A stretch of 64,000 nucleotides of DNA from Eremomyces bilateralis CBS 781.70 (lineage: Eukaryota): assembly GCA_010015585.1 (NCBI GenBank), contig ML975175.1, one strand, 5' to 3'. Position 1 is the stretch's first letter. Each line of letters begins with the position of its first letter. Positions 12,594-28,698 of the stretch are shown here, in pieces. The notes beneath the pieces are model-generated. The model made no database searches, was not told where the DNA came from, and was given only the letters and a program-made list of their open reading frames with translations. The position numbers and the translations under genes are program-made.

Positions 12594-13725
12594 TCATTTT
12601 CCAGTTCTTTGTCGATCGATTTCATCGCGGAACACATTCCTTCTGTCATCCTCGTTGCTCACGAGACTTCCAAAGCTTGTGTCTCTGGTATGATTTCGCG
12701 CATTGGCATGCGACCCGGTCCATTGACCTCCCACGGCGGGTTGGTCCCGAAACTCCTGTTCGGGTGGGATCACTTCTCTATCCTGGAGTCTGATGGCGCC
12801 CTTCTTTCCAAGAGCAACCCTTTGATTCCGGTTCTTCCGACTCCCATAGCCATGTCTGGTCCGTGACATAATATTCCCCAGCCCAATCTTGCGGTGCTTG
12901 CGGAAACCAAGTGTGATGCCAACGAGGACAATCAAAATAAATCCAAGAACAACAGGTAAGCCTACCCATAGAGCAAGATTCTTCGGATTTGTCTTGGTGA
13001 TATTTGGTGGCAAATGCTCAACCGGTCTGGTTGTAATTCCGACATGAGGCCCATCAAAGGCTTTCGAAGACCCAGAATATTGGAGAGCGATGAAGGTCAA
13101 ATTATTGGCGTTGGACCCTTGGAGCCAGCTTGAGTCTATCTTGACAGTGGTGTATCCAATGTTATTGTTGATGCCCGGAGACGACCATGCTTGTTTTCCC
13201 GTGTCATTGTAGTAGTTCAGAATGATCGTAATCGTGCTATTTTCGGCGAAGAAATCCGGGTTCCAGGTGACATAATACGTTTCTCCGATATAGAGTTCGG
13301 AAGAGTTACTCGGCTGGCAGAATGCCTGATCGGTGTCTCGGCAGACTGGGAATTGTGTCGACGGTGAAGCAGTGCTGCCGGCAGCGGTTGAGCTCGAGGT
13401 GGATGAAGCCAAACCCGGGCTGGATGCTTCCGATGCCAAACTCTGGGTGGAACTTGCTTGGGAACTGATCGAAGATGTCGCGGTCGGGAGGGAGGCCTCG
13501 ATCGTGATTGCTTTACCGCTGATGGTGGTCTCAAACAAAGCACCTGACGGCAGAGAAAGCGATGAGGATGAGGCTTTGGGTCTCGTTAGTCACGGTCCCA
13601 GTGTTAGGAATTATGATGTGGATCAAGATCGACATACTATCTCGCACCTCCAGGGGTTTTCCCCAGATCCCAATGGCAAAAGATGCCCCGATCAACACGG
13701 TTGCTAAAGGATTATACCACTTCAT
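12594..13725 (-). CDS. Type I membrane protein, Psg1/Ykl077w-like
   Basis: Signal peptide, Ser/Thr-rich region, FCQP..LYIGETYYVTW motif, a single TM segment and a basic cytosolic tail; one 5' intron. Confidence 0.7.
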
Positions 13726-14311
13726 GTTGGAAAGAACGAATAGATGTGGGACAAATATTGATACGGGCTCTTTATGCGCTATGACATGTATGCACTACAA
13801 AAACGGTAACGACAGGACTTGTCCTCGGACGCAAATGAGTGACACAAAATTGGGACAACGACCATAAGGAGTGAATGAGATTGTCAACAATCTGAAGAGC
13901 AAGACACAGAGACCAACCAAGCTCGAAACGATTCAATCGAGACCTGAAGACGCACTGGACAAGGAGATTAGGAGATCGTGTGGAATGTGATATCACGTGC
14001 CGCTAAGGGTCCGGCAAATATCAGGGGACAAGTCACAATGTCACATGACACATTGACACACGAAAAGGCGGAAAAGCACGTGCTATGACACACGTGCAGG
14101 GTCCGTTCCATAGAAGTCGTGAGAATCGGGCAGCGCGCCGTCATCGCTAGCGGCAACACGAACACCCAACTTTCAACTTCTTCCAAAACACGCGATACAA
14201 CTCCAACCCTATCTTCACCATTATCTGGTTTCTTCACGTCCTGTTTCATCTTGAATAGTTTATTCGTTGTAATTGCGATTCACTTCCGTTTGGTTCACTA
14301 ATACTTTCACA

Positions 14312-15211
14312 ATGCGCTTAATCTTTCCCGCCGTGGCAGCCTTGACTACCTCCACGGTCACCGCGAACCAAGAACCACTCGTAGATTGGGTCAAAGGTTG
14401 GATCAACAAGGCGCAATCATACATTCCCTCTGCGGCTCCGTCGGTTGGGATTCCGAACCCATTAGATGCCGGCGCGGCCAAGGTTGCTGAGAAATATGTT
14501 CAACCTCTCACCCTAGAGAACTGGCAGTCGGTCCTCCAGCCTTCACCGTCAGGAACTGGGCCGGAAGAATGGGTGGTCTTCGTGACTGGCGGTAATGCCA
14601 GCTGCTTCGGTCAATGCACGAATGTCACCAAAGTTTGGAATGTCGGTTTTGTCGTCGCTCGACTGAGTGCAATCAACTAACGTCGATATAGGAGTCGGTC
14701 GCGATCCTTTCCACGCAGCCGAACACGCCAAACCTGGCGGCAATCGACTGCGAAGATCAGCGAATCCTTTGCAACAGTTGGTTAGCAGGGCCTCCCAGCT
14801 TGTGGCACTTCTCCCTTCCCAAGCCGTTGGCCGATCAGTCCCACCCGACCCCCACCGTTCGAATTATCGATCTCTTCCGCAACACGACGGCAACGGATCT
14901 GCAGAAGATCTTTGCTGAGGAGAAATGGAACGATGTGAAGCCATATGACGGCCCTTGGCATCCGTTTGAAGGTTTTATGCACAAGTTCGGCGTGGCCGTT
15001 CCGTTGGCATATGTGACCTGGGCTTTCTCATTAATGCCTACGTGGCTGCCAATGATTGCGATCAGCTTTCTGAGCCGCACATTCATGTGAGTAGCTCAAA
15101 GCATCATCCCTCTGTAGTACTTCCCGCTAACGTCAATTCTCTAGGGGACGGAGAACCAGACCCGGTCCCAGTGGAGCTAATGCCGCCCCAGGTGGTGCGG
15201 CTCCTCAGTAA
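14312..15211 (+). CDS. Conserved secretory-pathway thioredoxin-like membrane protein
   Basis: Signal peptide, EEWVVFVTGGNASCFGQC, IDCE..LCNSW and a C-terminal TM; two introns. Confidence 0.75.
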
Positions 15212-15627
15212 CTGGTGGATCGTTCCAACCCGTTCCTCAGAACGGGCGAAAGTATGCGATGGGGAGAGCTGTGGTGATGATTGCCAGTCGTCATGTGTCA
15301 AATGTATACGCAGGGTGTGAGCACGTTTCCGTTCGTTGGGTGGATGTTTTCGATACCATCTCCAGCTACTCACTGGACATTGTGTGGGTTGTCCGCAGCC
15401 CCTAATAACTTTACTCTCTTGTATTTGAAGGCGAGTGGCATTTCGCGGTATGGACAGGGCATCAGTTTGATGTGTCATTAAAAGATTGGATATAGCTAGG
15501 TTTAATTAGTCTAAAGGAGTGGATAGAGTTGAAACGGGCTGGAACTTTCTCTAGGGTAATTGAACGATGTTATCCCCCCGAGTTGTTCTCCGACAGCTTG
15601 GTTCGAAAGCATTTCTTCAAGGACAGA

Positions 15628-18600
15628 TCATCGAATCACATCGCCTTCGTCGTTGTCCACTCCATGCAAGCTCTCCAAAATCGCGCTGCCGCCTAGCAGA
15701 CCCAGGTTTGGTTGGCTGATGCTCGACTTCCTTCGTTGTTCCGACCAAACTTCATGAAACTTAATGCTAGCATCGCTTGTAGCAATGACCAAACACCCTT
15801 CACGGCTCGTCCGATTGCACCACATTTCCCCTTCCACTCGTCGATCATCCGTGTCCCTCTCCGCATCGTTTCCACGCAGCCCTTTGGGGTTTGGTCCTCC
15901 CGGGTAACCGATTGCATGCAATGCTCGAGCTTCGTCAGTCCAAGGTATCGCAACGACCTGCTCGCAAGTTGGCCAGGAAAAGACAGCGATTCGGATGGCA
16001 TGCTCTGGATTTGCAAATCCAAACGTGGCCGCGATCTCCCGTCTGGTAGTACTCCAGATGAGCGAAGTGACCTGCGCAGCGCAATCGATCGTCGCGAGTG
16101 CTGCTCCCGATAGAGTGTGGTAGAAGTGAATGCAGCGATCGTTCGATCCTCCTCCAAGCGCCAACAGTCCTCGTTGAAATGGACAGAATGCGATGGCTTT
16201 GATGGCAGCGGAGAGACAGAACCGATGTCTCGCTAGTGTCGTCGCAGTCAACCCGTCCTCCAAAGGAATATCGGTTCGGGTTGAATGGCTGGCGTTCTGG
16301 TCCGGTAGATGTGGTAGGACGATTGAAGCATTGGTCGACTGTATTGCGGATTCTGCCGACTCTGCCGACTCTGCCGTGGTAGCAGCGTGAAGCACCTTTT
16401 TCGTTTCGAAGAGATAACAACTGTTGTCATTACTTCCCGACGCGAAGAAATCTCCATCCATGGACCAACCCAAACCACAAATCTGTTGCGAATGGACTTT
16501 CAGACTGCAGGCAAGGTGTAGAGCCCCAGCCCATCCAAGCACATCGTAATCCTGCTGGTTTGGCCATTCCACGGAATAGAAATAGAGCACGCCATTTTCA
16601 TCCCCGACCAGGAGATCTTCGTTGTCAACCATCGTGCCGGGGAGATTTCGAGATTCTCGACGGGTCGGATTTGGGCGAAAGCAAACGCAAGAAATTGAGC
16701 TGGAGAAATCTTCGTGAAAGCGAGGCTCAGGATCCGATGGACTCCATAACACCAGACATCCACTATTCCCAAGGCAACGTCCAACGGCAAGTATGGCCTT
16801 TCCTCCCGTTCGTGATGAGAACGATAACGACATAACATGAGATTGGTTGGCTTCACCATGTTCGTCTTGATATGGAGCGTTCAGGCTCTGAGGAGTTTCC
16901 ACCCCGCGAGACTCGGACCAGAGGTAGACATGGTTCCCGAGTCCAACAGCCAAGCAATTCGCGGTGTATGAATACGCTAGGAGGGAGCAGTAAAAGTCGT
17001 CTTTGAGCTGTGGTGCATCAAGGACTGTGCAGGCTATTAGCAAACCATTCCCGAATTGGCTGGAGTCGACTTATCTGAACGGAATGACCGGCACCGACCG
17101 TTTCCCGGCTTGCTTCTGCTTGTAGGCTTTTGCAAGTTAGTATGCAGCTGAGGACAATGGCGAAGGATGTGGATGTCTGGGTTTTGGATTCCTACATAAT
17201 GTAGACCCTTCCCTCATCCATTCATTGTTTTGCCACACGGTCGGCCCACAACCGCGAGATAGGTGGCTCGATGATCCGGAGGAGCTGGCCGTTGGAGGGC
17301 TTGTCGGCGAGGATAACGCTGATCCAGGTGTGACGGGGGTTGGCACCAGTCGTTCGATTTGATCCACATCAAATGCAACGGCCAAGCGCCTCTCGTGGTC
17401 TTCAAGTTCACGACGTGGATCTTGCTGCTCTTGAAAGGCGCAGGTGTATAGAGGAGCATTGGTACCGCTGCTAAAGAGGCCACCACGACCATCGGTAACA
17501 GCCACGGTTCCTTCGAAAGCCGCAAAGGAACCGCCAACCCCCCAAACTGCTCCGTCGCTCACTCTGCGGGATGTTGGTGTCACCGACCGGGGACGCAGAC
17601 CCGTATTGCTCGTTCTCGCCTCGTTTGGTGCATTGGGTGGTCGAGTGGCGAGGTACCGAGTCCGTAATTCGCTTCGAGATGGAGGAAGAAAGGGATCTGG
17701 GCTCACAAATCGAGAGCGGCACAGCTTCTCGGCATCTGTCAACTTGTCGACGGATTTGCTGAGTTGGAAACTAGTCCGCTGAGCTTTGCTCGGTCGACGA
17801 AATGGAATGAATCTATCAGGCGTTTGCGGGGCGTTCGTTGAGGCGCTACCGGCATCCCAGCTAGGCCTGCGGAGGGACCCAGGAAGTGATTGTCGTTTCC
17901 TTTGTCCACAAAGGGGTGACAATGGACTGCGCAACTGATCCTCAGTTGGGAACGGAAACGCTCCGACTGCGCCAGATGCAACTCCAAGGGGCGTCGGTGT
18001 GTCTGGGTTAGCATCATGAGGTCGAGGGAAAGGATCTCGAGACGGGGACGTCAGGTCGATCTTTCGTACTCGTTTCCCAAGCAATAGGATGCTGTCATCT
18101 TCACCCTCAGGCTCCGTGTCATTGGACCAAACAGCAGATCCGGTATCCTCGTGATCGTGAAGTGGCGTGCCGTCTGTATCAGACTGAATATCTGAGCACT
18201 CCTTCTTCGGCGTATTGGCAGCACTATGTTCGAATGCGCCGTCATATTGAGGAATGGGTGAGCGTCGGTTCCGCTGGAAGGTGACCGAAGGTGATGGAAA
18301 GGTGACCTTGCTTGAATCCTGTCTGGGAAAGGTTGGCGAGTAAGAAGTTCTTCGGGCTGGATTCCATGCGGCATTCTCATCGTTTCTAGTAGCGCTTGAT
18401 TGCCGAGAAGTAGACCGATTCCATCGGTGAATAGGAGCAACATTCGTGATATCCCCGATGGACGGAAGACGGGCAGTCTGCTCACTCGCAGGAAAAGAGC
18501 AGCTTTGACTTCTTTGCCCAATATTCTCTGTCAGTGCCACCCATTCAGGGTTTTTCGAGGTTTTCCCGGACCAGCTTCGGTGTTTTCGTGGGCAATTCCG

Positions 18601-18651
18601 GGATTCGGGGACGCCGTATGCCTTTCGGTCAGAGCTGGGATGGGGTCTCAT
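15628..18651 (-). CDS. Cdc20/Fizzy-family APC/C activator, Ama1-like
   Basis: C-box DRFIP, LDAPQLKDDFY, WD40 repeats (HSQQICGL, GGGSNDRCIHF) and a C-terminal IR tail. The start codon is uncertain. Confidence 0.85.
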
Positions 18652-19102
18652 GCTGCGAAACACCAGTCACCGATCCTATTAGGTTCCAAGCCGAAAGTTT
18701 CACTCTTTGTATAGTCCAGCTCTGCCGGAATCGTGATGAAGGTGGTGAGCTGTTCTAGCATGGCTCTTGAAGGCACATGAAGCCTTGTATCTTGAGATCG
18801 CGGCTCTTGAACAAACGAAAGCGTGGACGTGGTGGACTTGGAATGAAATGTGAATAGTAGAACTAATGGGATTGACTAGCACCAGATATAGGAATATGAA
18901 AAGTCAACAGAGGTCGTCCTGATGGTTAGTACATACTGCCATCCATTACTGGTAGCATAACGTGGACGGTTGGATGAGGCGGACAACAACGAAACCAAAT
19001 GAACTTCCAGGCAACACCTTCACGGCTCCCTTCACTCTTTCCAAGATTTCCACCTCCGACTTGCCATCAATACGTCTTGTGAGGAGAAGAGCGGCTTCCA
19101 AT

Positions 19103-20315
19103 ATGGCCAGTGTAAGCATTGGACCACATTTGGAGGAAGTTGCTTGCTGATGTTGTTGTAGCACGATCGTCCTCGGGTCACAGCGGAGCGAACCGACAAA
19201 GACTTACAACGCGAGAAGCGCAAGATTGACGAATACCGATCTCTAGTCGAAAGGATAGAAACCCGGGTATGTTCCTCGCCGTTTGTCAAATTGCCGAGCT
19301 GATCATGTTGATGAAGGTTGCCGAAGGCGGTAGCGAAGCCGACGTTCTTGACCTCACCTCGGACCTTCTCTCGCGCAACCCCGAATACTACACGGTATGG
19401 AACCATCGACGTCGTCTCCTTCTCAGATATCTCGAAGGTGGAGATACTTCGAACGATGCCTCGGTCGACCCGAATAACAAGCAAGCGTCACCACAAGATT
19501 ATTTGCTGGACGACTTGCGCTTCCTGATCCCGCTTCTTCAGCAATTTCCCAAGTGCTATTGGGTATGGAACTATCGCCTCTGGATTCTGGAGCAAATTGA
19601 GAGGTACCTTCCTCGGCAACAAGCAGACAGCTGCTGGCAAAGGGAGCTTGATCTTGTGGCGAAGATGCTAGCAAGAGATGAAAGGAATTTCCATGGCTGG
19701 GCATATCGTCGTATCATAGTCGATCAACTCGAAAGACTTGCACAAGAAGCTGTTCATGGAGAAGAGGGTGCTGGACAAGGAAGTCGCTCTCAAGAGGAGT
19801 TCGATTACACGACGAAAATGATCCATTCCAAATTATCGAACTTCTCGGCGTGGCATTACCGAAGTAAACTCATTCCTCGGATCCTTGATGAACAAGAAGC
19901 GGACGATACAGCCAGACGGAAGGTTCTAGACGATGAGCTGGACCTAATCCAAAATGCCTTGATCGATCCCAACGACCAGTCCTTATGGTTCTACCATCAG
20001 AGTCTTATGTATACCATCGCTCCAGATTGTCCGCGAGACTCGGCCATTGTCCTCACGCTCACCAACACTGATCGAGTACACTACTACGAGCAAGAAATCT
20101 CTCGAATCCGTGAGATCCTGGAAGACTGGGACGATTGCAAATGGGTATACCAAGCACTGCTCAAGTATGCGGCAGAGTATCAGACACTCGATGCAGGATC
20201 CAAGGTGTATAGCAATACGGACATGAGAACCTGGCTTTCCAAACTACGTCAATTAGATCCCCTCCGATCGGGTAGGTGGGATGATCTAGAAAAACACCTC
20301 GATCTATCAACATAG
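19103..20315 (+). CDS. BET4: Rab geranylgeranyltransferase alpha subunit
   Basis: PPTA repeats NPEYYTVWNHRR, PKCYWVWNYR, RNFHGWAYRR, SNFSAWHYRS and DQSLWFYH; two 5' introns. Confidence 0.92.
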
Positions 20316-20320
20316 AGACA

Positions 20321-22245
<1,925 letters not shown>

Positions 22246-22315
22246 TTATCCCAAGGCAAGGATGGAATTTCGCCGGGGTAGCTCGTGGCACTGGTCCCGG
22301 TATTTTGATTGTCGC

Positions 22316-22323
22316 CGGATAAA
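22316..22323 (+). promoter_or_regulatory. Candidate AraR-type site CGGATAAA in the GH51/transporter divergent promoter
   Basis: Matches the CGGDTAAW consensus described for Aspergillus AraR; the promoter is rich in CGG/CCG triplets. Confidence 0.35.
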
Positions 22324-22931
22324 ATATTCATGTCGTTCCAAGCCGACGGCTCTAAGTGGTGGAGAAAGCAAAGCAAAATAATTATCCCTGACAGTTGCAC
22401 TGGCAATCCCTTGCAGGGGTTGCCCGGCCAATTATTTTCTGACGCTAGTCAACACCGTTCGGCCCGGCACTGATCGGGTCTGACTACAAATCCCTGGTAT
22501 CTTGACGAATCCGGAAATCCCGTCGGTTGAGTGAGGTGAGCTCGAGAAGTATCCACCATCACGAACGTTCATCTGCCAATGGCAAGCTCACGGCCGGCAA
22601 ACCTGGGATCGTGCATCCCCGGAATATCGAATCATGGAAGTGCCATGTGAGTCTGGGCCTCTGGAGTCTGGGGAATGGGGATAGGTACAGGTGGGTACTC
22701 TAGCAGCAAATGCATGGAGAATTGACCCGGTCCGAGAAGCTTCATCGCTCCAGGATTCAATATCGCAAGGGTGGCAGACCCCTTGAGCTATGTCGTTCCG
22801 GACCATGGAAGGGCATTTCCGGGCAATATATATCCTCCATTTCCTGACCGAAGAATGACTTCCTGCACCGGTTCTATTTTCCTTCAATTCTTATCGGCAT
22901 AACGAGACATCGCTCGTAACAACCGTCAAAC

Positions 22932-24708
22932 ATGGCGCTGCCACCGAAATGGTACCAGGTGAGCATCGAATTGAGTATTGAGTCCAAGTCGGATCTAATC
23001 CCGTCAGTTTTTGGTCAGTGTCTTCGCGTCACTAGGTTCCCTCCTCTATGGTTATGACTTAGGTGTCATTGCGGGGGTGATCGCATCCAAATCATTCGTG
23101 GCCAAATTTGGTGAAGAAGCCAATGAGATGTAATTGGGTTTCCAATCGATCCTCGAACAAGACGGCTAACACAACTGTAGCGGCGCGGTGGTATCGGTCT
23201 TCACAGGAGGCGCGTTCCTTGGGGCAGGGTTCGCCGGGCCAACAGGAGACTATTTCGGTCGTAAAATCACCATCATGGTCGGCGCAATCGTCTTTTGCGT
23301 TGGAGGTGCCCTTCAGACTGCTGCACAGAATTTGGCCTATCTATACGCCGGGAGGTCCCTTGCGGGAATGGGTGTCGGGTTTCTCACCATGATCGTGCCC
23401 CTCTACCAAGCGGAACTCTGTCATCCGGACATTCGAGGCCGGGTCACCGCCTTGCAGCAATTCATGTTGGGCGTTGGAGCTTTGGCAGCGGCATGGATCT
23501 CATATGGTAAGTAACGGTTTCATCTGATCTTGCGTATGCCCTAACTAACGGCTTAGGTACTTATGTTGGATTTGGACCGACCGATGACCGACAGTGGCGA
23601 GTATCGCTAGCACTCCAAGTGATCCCCGCAGCCATTCTGGCTTTGCTCATCCTCCTTTTCCCCGAGTCCCCTAGGTGGCTCATCGACCAGGGCAAGGTGG
23701 ACCAAGGCTTCAAAGTCCTCGCACAGCTTCATTCGGGCGGTGACACCAACGATGCTTGGGTTCGAGCCGAATTCGATCAGATTCAAGAGTCGATTGCTAG
23801 GGAACACGAAGCCGCAGCCAAGTCATACCTGGAACTGTTCCGTGACAAGTCTAGTTTTCGACGGCTCTTCCTCGCATGCGCGCTTCAAGCGTCCGTTCAA
23901 ATGACGGGCGTGAGTGCCATCCAATATTTTTCAGGTATATAAAAATTATGGATTCAACTGTGGCCTCATGATCGTTCTAACAATTTTCAGTCAAAATCTA
24001 TTCCCAAATCGGCATTGAGGGAGATGACTCGCTCAAGTATCAAGCGATTAGCTCGGTCCTCGCACTCGTGGCACAATTCGTCTGCATGATGGTCATCGAC
24101 CGTACGGGTCGAAGGTGGCCTCTGATTTTCGGAAATCTTGGAAACATGGTCACATTTATCATTGCAACGATCCTTATTGCCAAGTTCCCCCCCGGTAGTA
24201 GCAACAACAGCGCCGCTTCCTGGGGATTCATCGTCATGACATGGCTGTATAACGTCTCGTTCAGTGCAACGTGCGGGCCATTGTCGTGGATCATTCCCGC
24301 CGAAATCTTTGACATGAAAACCCGGTCAAAGGGTGTATCCATTGCGACCATGACATCCTTTGCCTTCAACACCATGATTGGTCAGACCACGTCTGTTGCC
24401 ATGAGGGACGACGGCGGGATCGGTTACAAATGGTATTATCTGTTCATTGTAAGTGACAACTCCGGAACCCACGATCAAAGACTGACCGATGCAAGGTGTG
24501 CAATTTCACCAATGCTCTCTTCTTCTGGGCCTTCCTCCCAGAAACTGCCAAGCGGCCGTTGGAAGAGATGAAGTATCTCTTCACTGAAGCACCGTTGTTT
24601 GTTCCTACTATGGACATGAAGCAGTATCAACAGAACGACCTGGAGCGCCGTGTGCAGGAAGTGGAGCGAAAGGGGAGTGTGGTGGCCCATTCTGAAGAGG
24701 TAGCATAG
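22932..24708 (+). CDS. MFS sugar porter (probable pentose transporter)
   Basis: GYDLG, DYFGRK, PLYQAE..IRG, PESPRWL, QMTG, IDRTGRR and PETA motifs; several introns. Confidence 0.92.
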
Positions 24709-24893
24709 TCTGACAATGGTCGCCGAAGGCCCCTATCGCCTCATACAGACCAAATTTGTATCCTAAACATCAATCAGCTCAGAAGTGTCCAAGCATAACA
24801 CACACTTTGTCCCCATATTTACCTGGTGAACTCCTGAATAGTCCTTTTAGGCAAAAGGCACATCAATTTTATGCCATATCATAGACCGGGTCA

Positions 24894-25541
24894 CTATCCG
24901 TCGGTCTTATTTGCCGTAGCATCACCACATACACTCTCGAGTCTCTTAAGAGTTGTAAAGACAGAACTACCAAGTTCTTCCCCTGAGACTGTTGTCGGGA
25001 AGCGTCCGTATCTGAGATCACTCAGGTCACTTGTAGCAGTTTGGATATTTTGAAGGAGTTGATCTGCCTCCTTATCGAGCACATGAATTTCTTCCTCGAC
25101 ACTTTGGCAAGCATGCTCCAAAGAGGAGACTATCGATTCGATCGAATGGAGGTCAGGACGGTTGGGTCCATTGTCGCCATATAACTATACACCGATGAGT
25201 AAGGTCACAAGGTTCACCAAAGTGGAACGCACACTTTGTTCTAGTCGAAGTTCGGTTTCATCAATATCGTCAAGCTCGACATGCTCGGAAAGGATCCTCT
25301 CCTTGGCAACCTGTCGAGCCTGTCTCTCTCCTCGGTGTACCTCCCCCTCGATGGATCGCGCCACTTGATCAATGCCCAATGCTCGTTGGTGCTGTAGTTC
25401 CCGATATAGTGCACCCACGGCCGGATTCCCCTGCAATGTGCGTGGAAAGAGTTCCGTGAATTTCTTCTGTGTTATGACGGTAGAGAGTGGGGCAGGCGGG
25501 AGGAGAAAGTTGGTCAGGATCGATTTCTCGGTTGGCGGCAT
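24894..25541 (-). CDS. Cnl2/Nkp2-family kinetochore protein
   Basis: MPPTEKSILTNFLLPPAPL..FTELFP and a C-terminal LSDLRYGRF; one intron. Confidence 0.8.
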
Positions 25542-26184
25542 CGTCAATTGGTGAGGTCTAGGATTCGGAGTTGAGATCGATCGAGATGTGCACTTTAGAC
25601 CCGAATATCGAATAGAGCGTGTTTGGAACGTGATGTTGATGAGTTGATGCTTCTTTGGCGACGTATGGATGCTCTGCCCAGAGAGTAAATACATGACTCG
25701 TGTATGTGTATCTCCCTGAACACGTGCAAGGGGCTGACGGAACGCGACCGTATAAATCTTGGCGCGTCGACTGGCGCTTCACCAAGTCGGAGTGAACACG
25801 TACAGATGGTGACGTTTGGAAATCGAACATATAGTCATTAAGCGCCGTCAAATATTGAATCCCAATACCGCCCTAATTATCATTGCTTCGGAAAAGATCA
25901 CTAATCGCACGAGAAGGGAAACGAGGGTGTTGACCCAGCTTGCCCTGACTGGAACCGATTTGCTTCAAGCCTCAAGAACAACGTGTCCGAATATCCAGAT
26001 CGCCATGAGGGGGATTTCCTGAACTTGACGTCCTTCACTTCACGGTTTCGGTCAGACCAATCTTGTCTTTGTGTTGGGCGGACTTCGCATCCTTCCAAAT
26101 TCTCCTAACGCTGCTTCGTCACCTTACCTCTCTTTCTCCTCATCTTACTCCGTCACTCATCGTCACTTTCGGTCCTTCGAAGAA

Positions 26185-27446
26185 ATGGCGCCATCTCAAA
26201 ACCAAGCGATGTACCACAAAGATGAGAAAGCGCTTTGCTTTCATCATGAGCTTCTCTACGAGGCGAAGGTGATCGATGTGAAACAGGCCGACCCATCGGT
26301 CAAAAAGTCTGGCTGGTTGTACAGAGTACACTATAAGGGATGGAAGAATACGTAAGTCGATATTTTCTCATCTTGATGAACTCATGATCGTTACTTAAAG
26401 CACGTGTTGGTTGAAACAGCGCTTCACGGTAATTCCCGCAGAAACAATTTCGTCTACATAGCACGTGTCTCGCTGTCCGTCGATCAGAGCTTATATTCGA
26501 GATTTGCGTCGTTCAGTCAGTTGACATAATTATACAGGTGGGACGACTGGGTACCCCAGGACCGTCTACGGAAGATGACCGAGGAAAATAAAGGCCTTGC
26601 CAACAACCTCAGGAAGGATGTCGAAGCTTCCAACAAGCGGAATGCGAAAGTGGCGGCGATTCAGAAAAAACGAGGAACGGATTCATCGGCTCGGGGGAGC
26701 GAAGAACGTCACTCATCCGTCGCTGCCGGTTCCGCTAGAAATCAGAAAAGGAGGGATCTCGATCTTGAGAAGGTAATAGTCGCAAGCCAACTACTCGTAT
26801 AGCTGTGATAACTGACGACCGTCAGGAGGATCAGTATCATTCAAAGCCAGCTATCCGAATCTACATGCCGGACTCTCTCAAAATCTTGCTAGTCGATGAT
26901 TGGGAGAGCGTCACTAAGGACAATCACCTGGTCTCCCTCCCATCTGCAACTCCGGCAAGCATCATCATCGACAGGTACTTCCAATACGAGAGCAGGAAAC
27001 GACCAAATCCATCGGCAGATTTGGATCTGCTTGAGGAAGTCATCCAAGGGCTCAAAGAATACTTCAACAAGACACTTGGTCGAATGCTTCTCTACCGTTT
27101 CGAACGTCAACAGTATCTTGATATCATCAAACGAGTCGAGAATCCCACAGATGAGCTTGCAGGAAGACCAATGGTAGACATCTATGGAGGAGAGCATCTC
27201 TTGCGACTTCTCGGTAAGTCACAACCGCCAAGGCAGTGTATGATATTGACACGTTACTAAATCAATCCAGTGTCATTGCCGGAGCTCGTTGCACACACGA
27301 ACATGGATCAGCCGTCCGTCGCTCGTCTCCGTGAAGAATTGAACAAGTTAACCATGTGGCTTGGACGACCCGAAACGATCCAGAAGCACTTCTCCGTTGC
27401 CTATGAGCCTATGAGTATCGATGAGGTGGAGAAAATCCGGACCTGA
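26185..27446 (+). CDS. EAF3: Chromodomain/MRG protein (NuA4/Rpd3S subunit)
   Basis: CFHHELLYEAK, HYKGWKNT/WDDWV, LVDDWE, LLYRFERQQY and YGGEHLLRL. Confidence 0.93.
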
Positions 27447-28698
27447 AGCAATCATCGTGCTTCGCTATCCCGTCCATTCGACACCGTATAAACAGCGGGA
27501 TTACCGGGTGTGAAAGACGATTCACACCAAAGCCGTTCACCGAGAGGCCATGGAAGGCGTCATTTGTAGGGCAGTGCAACAACTCCCGAAGTGCGACATC
27601 TGTGGTCGTTCTTCCATCGTGGGAAACGAAATTGCATCCCACCTATAAGGTTGACTTGCGTGGGATGTCATGGGGAACATTGCGATTGAGTTGCAGGACA
27701 AAGGATTATGGCTTTCGAGAACAATAAACTCCTGGCGTTTGGCGATTCAAGAAATCATCCCTGTTCTGTAGCGTACTGTACTTTCCATTACAATATTGTC
27801 TTATTGACATGCTACCCATCGCCTTGCAGTCCTTCTTTTCTTGAAGAATTTCAACCATTCGCCAGCAACAAAACCGCGACTTCATTTTTACCGATCATGG
27901 CAGTGCATGGACTTCTCATTGCTTTTCCCATCAGCATTATCGAGTACGGAATCCATAGGAATATTTACGTATCACAAGTTAAGATACGGTATGCTACCTC
28001 CAAATCCTCGGAATTCCAGTCGAAAAATATACTTCTCTAGTCATTCCGTAACGAGTACGCGGCTAGATTCGCAGCATGACTAGGAAATTTGTTCCCATAG
28101 CGCCGATTATGCAATATTTGGAGCTCTCCAGTAGCTTCGTCTCAATGGCGAATCAAGATGGGACTCTATAGTGCCAAATCTAAAAAATCACGAGCAGTCA
28201 CCTCTGCCCCAATGGAAAATCGGTTGTTGACTGTTGTACTTGTCTCCCGACGGGACGGATTTACTGTACATCCATGATCCAAATGACCCAATCATACCCA
28301 CGCACGCCACGCTTCACATTCAACATTTCGCGAGGATCTGCGTCGGGCGAGGCGACAAGCGCGGCTCCGCTAATAAGTCTACTGCAGCATTTTCATTGTG
28401 TTTGCTGTTCCGCGGATTGAGCCTGAAAACATCTCCGTACTCGAGTCGCGAATTTGAGCCTTTTCGGATTGTCTCGGATATCGTCATATAGTTTTGTTCA
28501 TCGTCTATCGAACTTTCACCCCGGTTCCTTTCCGTTGTCATTGTGTCTTCCGATCGAGTCAGTACCGTTGAAAATTACCAAAAATAGCGATCGAATGAGT
28601 TCAATTTATCATGTGTGTCACTCATCCACACGACCATTGAATTCAGAGGCCGGGTAGGTTGAAGTGTTTTCACTCGGCCACTCCTGGACTGGGGGAAA

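Noticed and set aside
26353..26538. Long EAF3 intron with TGATGA (possible C/D snoRNA)
   Set aside because: No downstream CTGA D box or terminal stem found.
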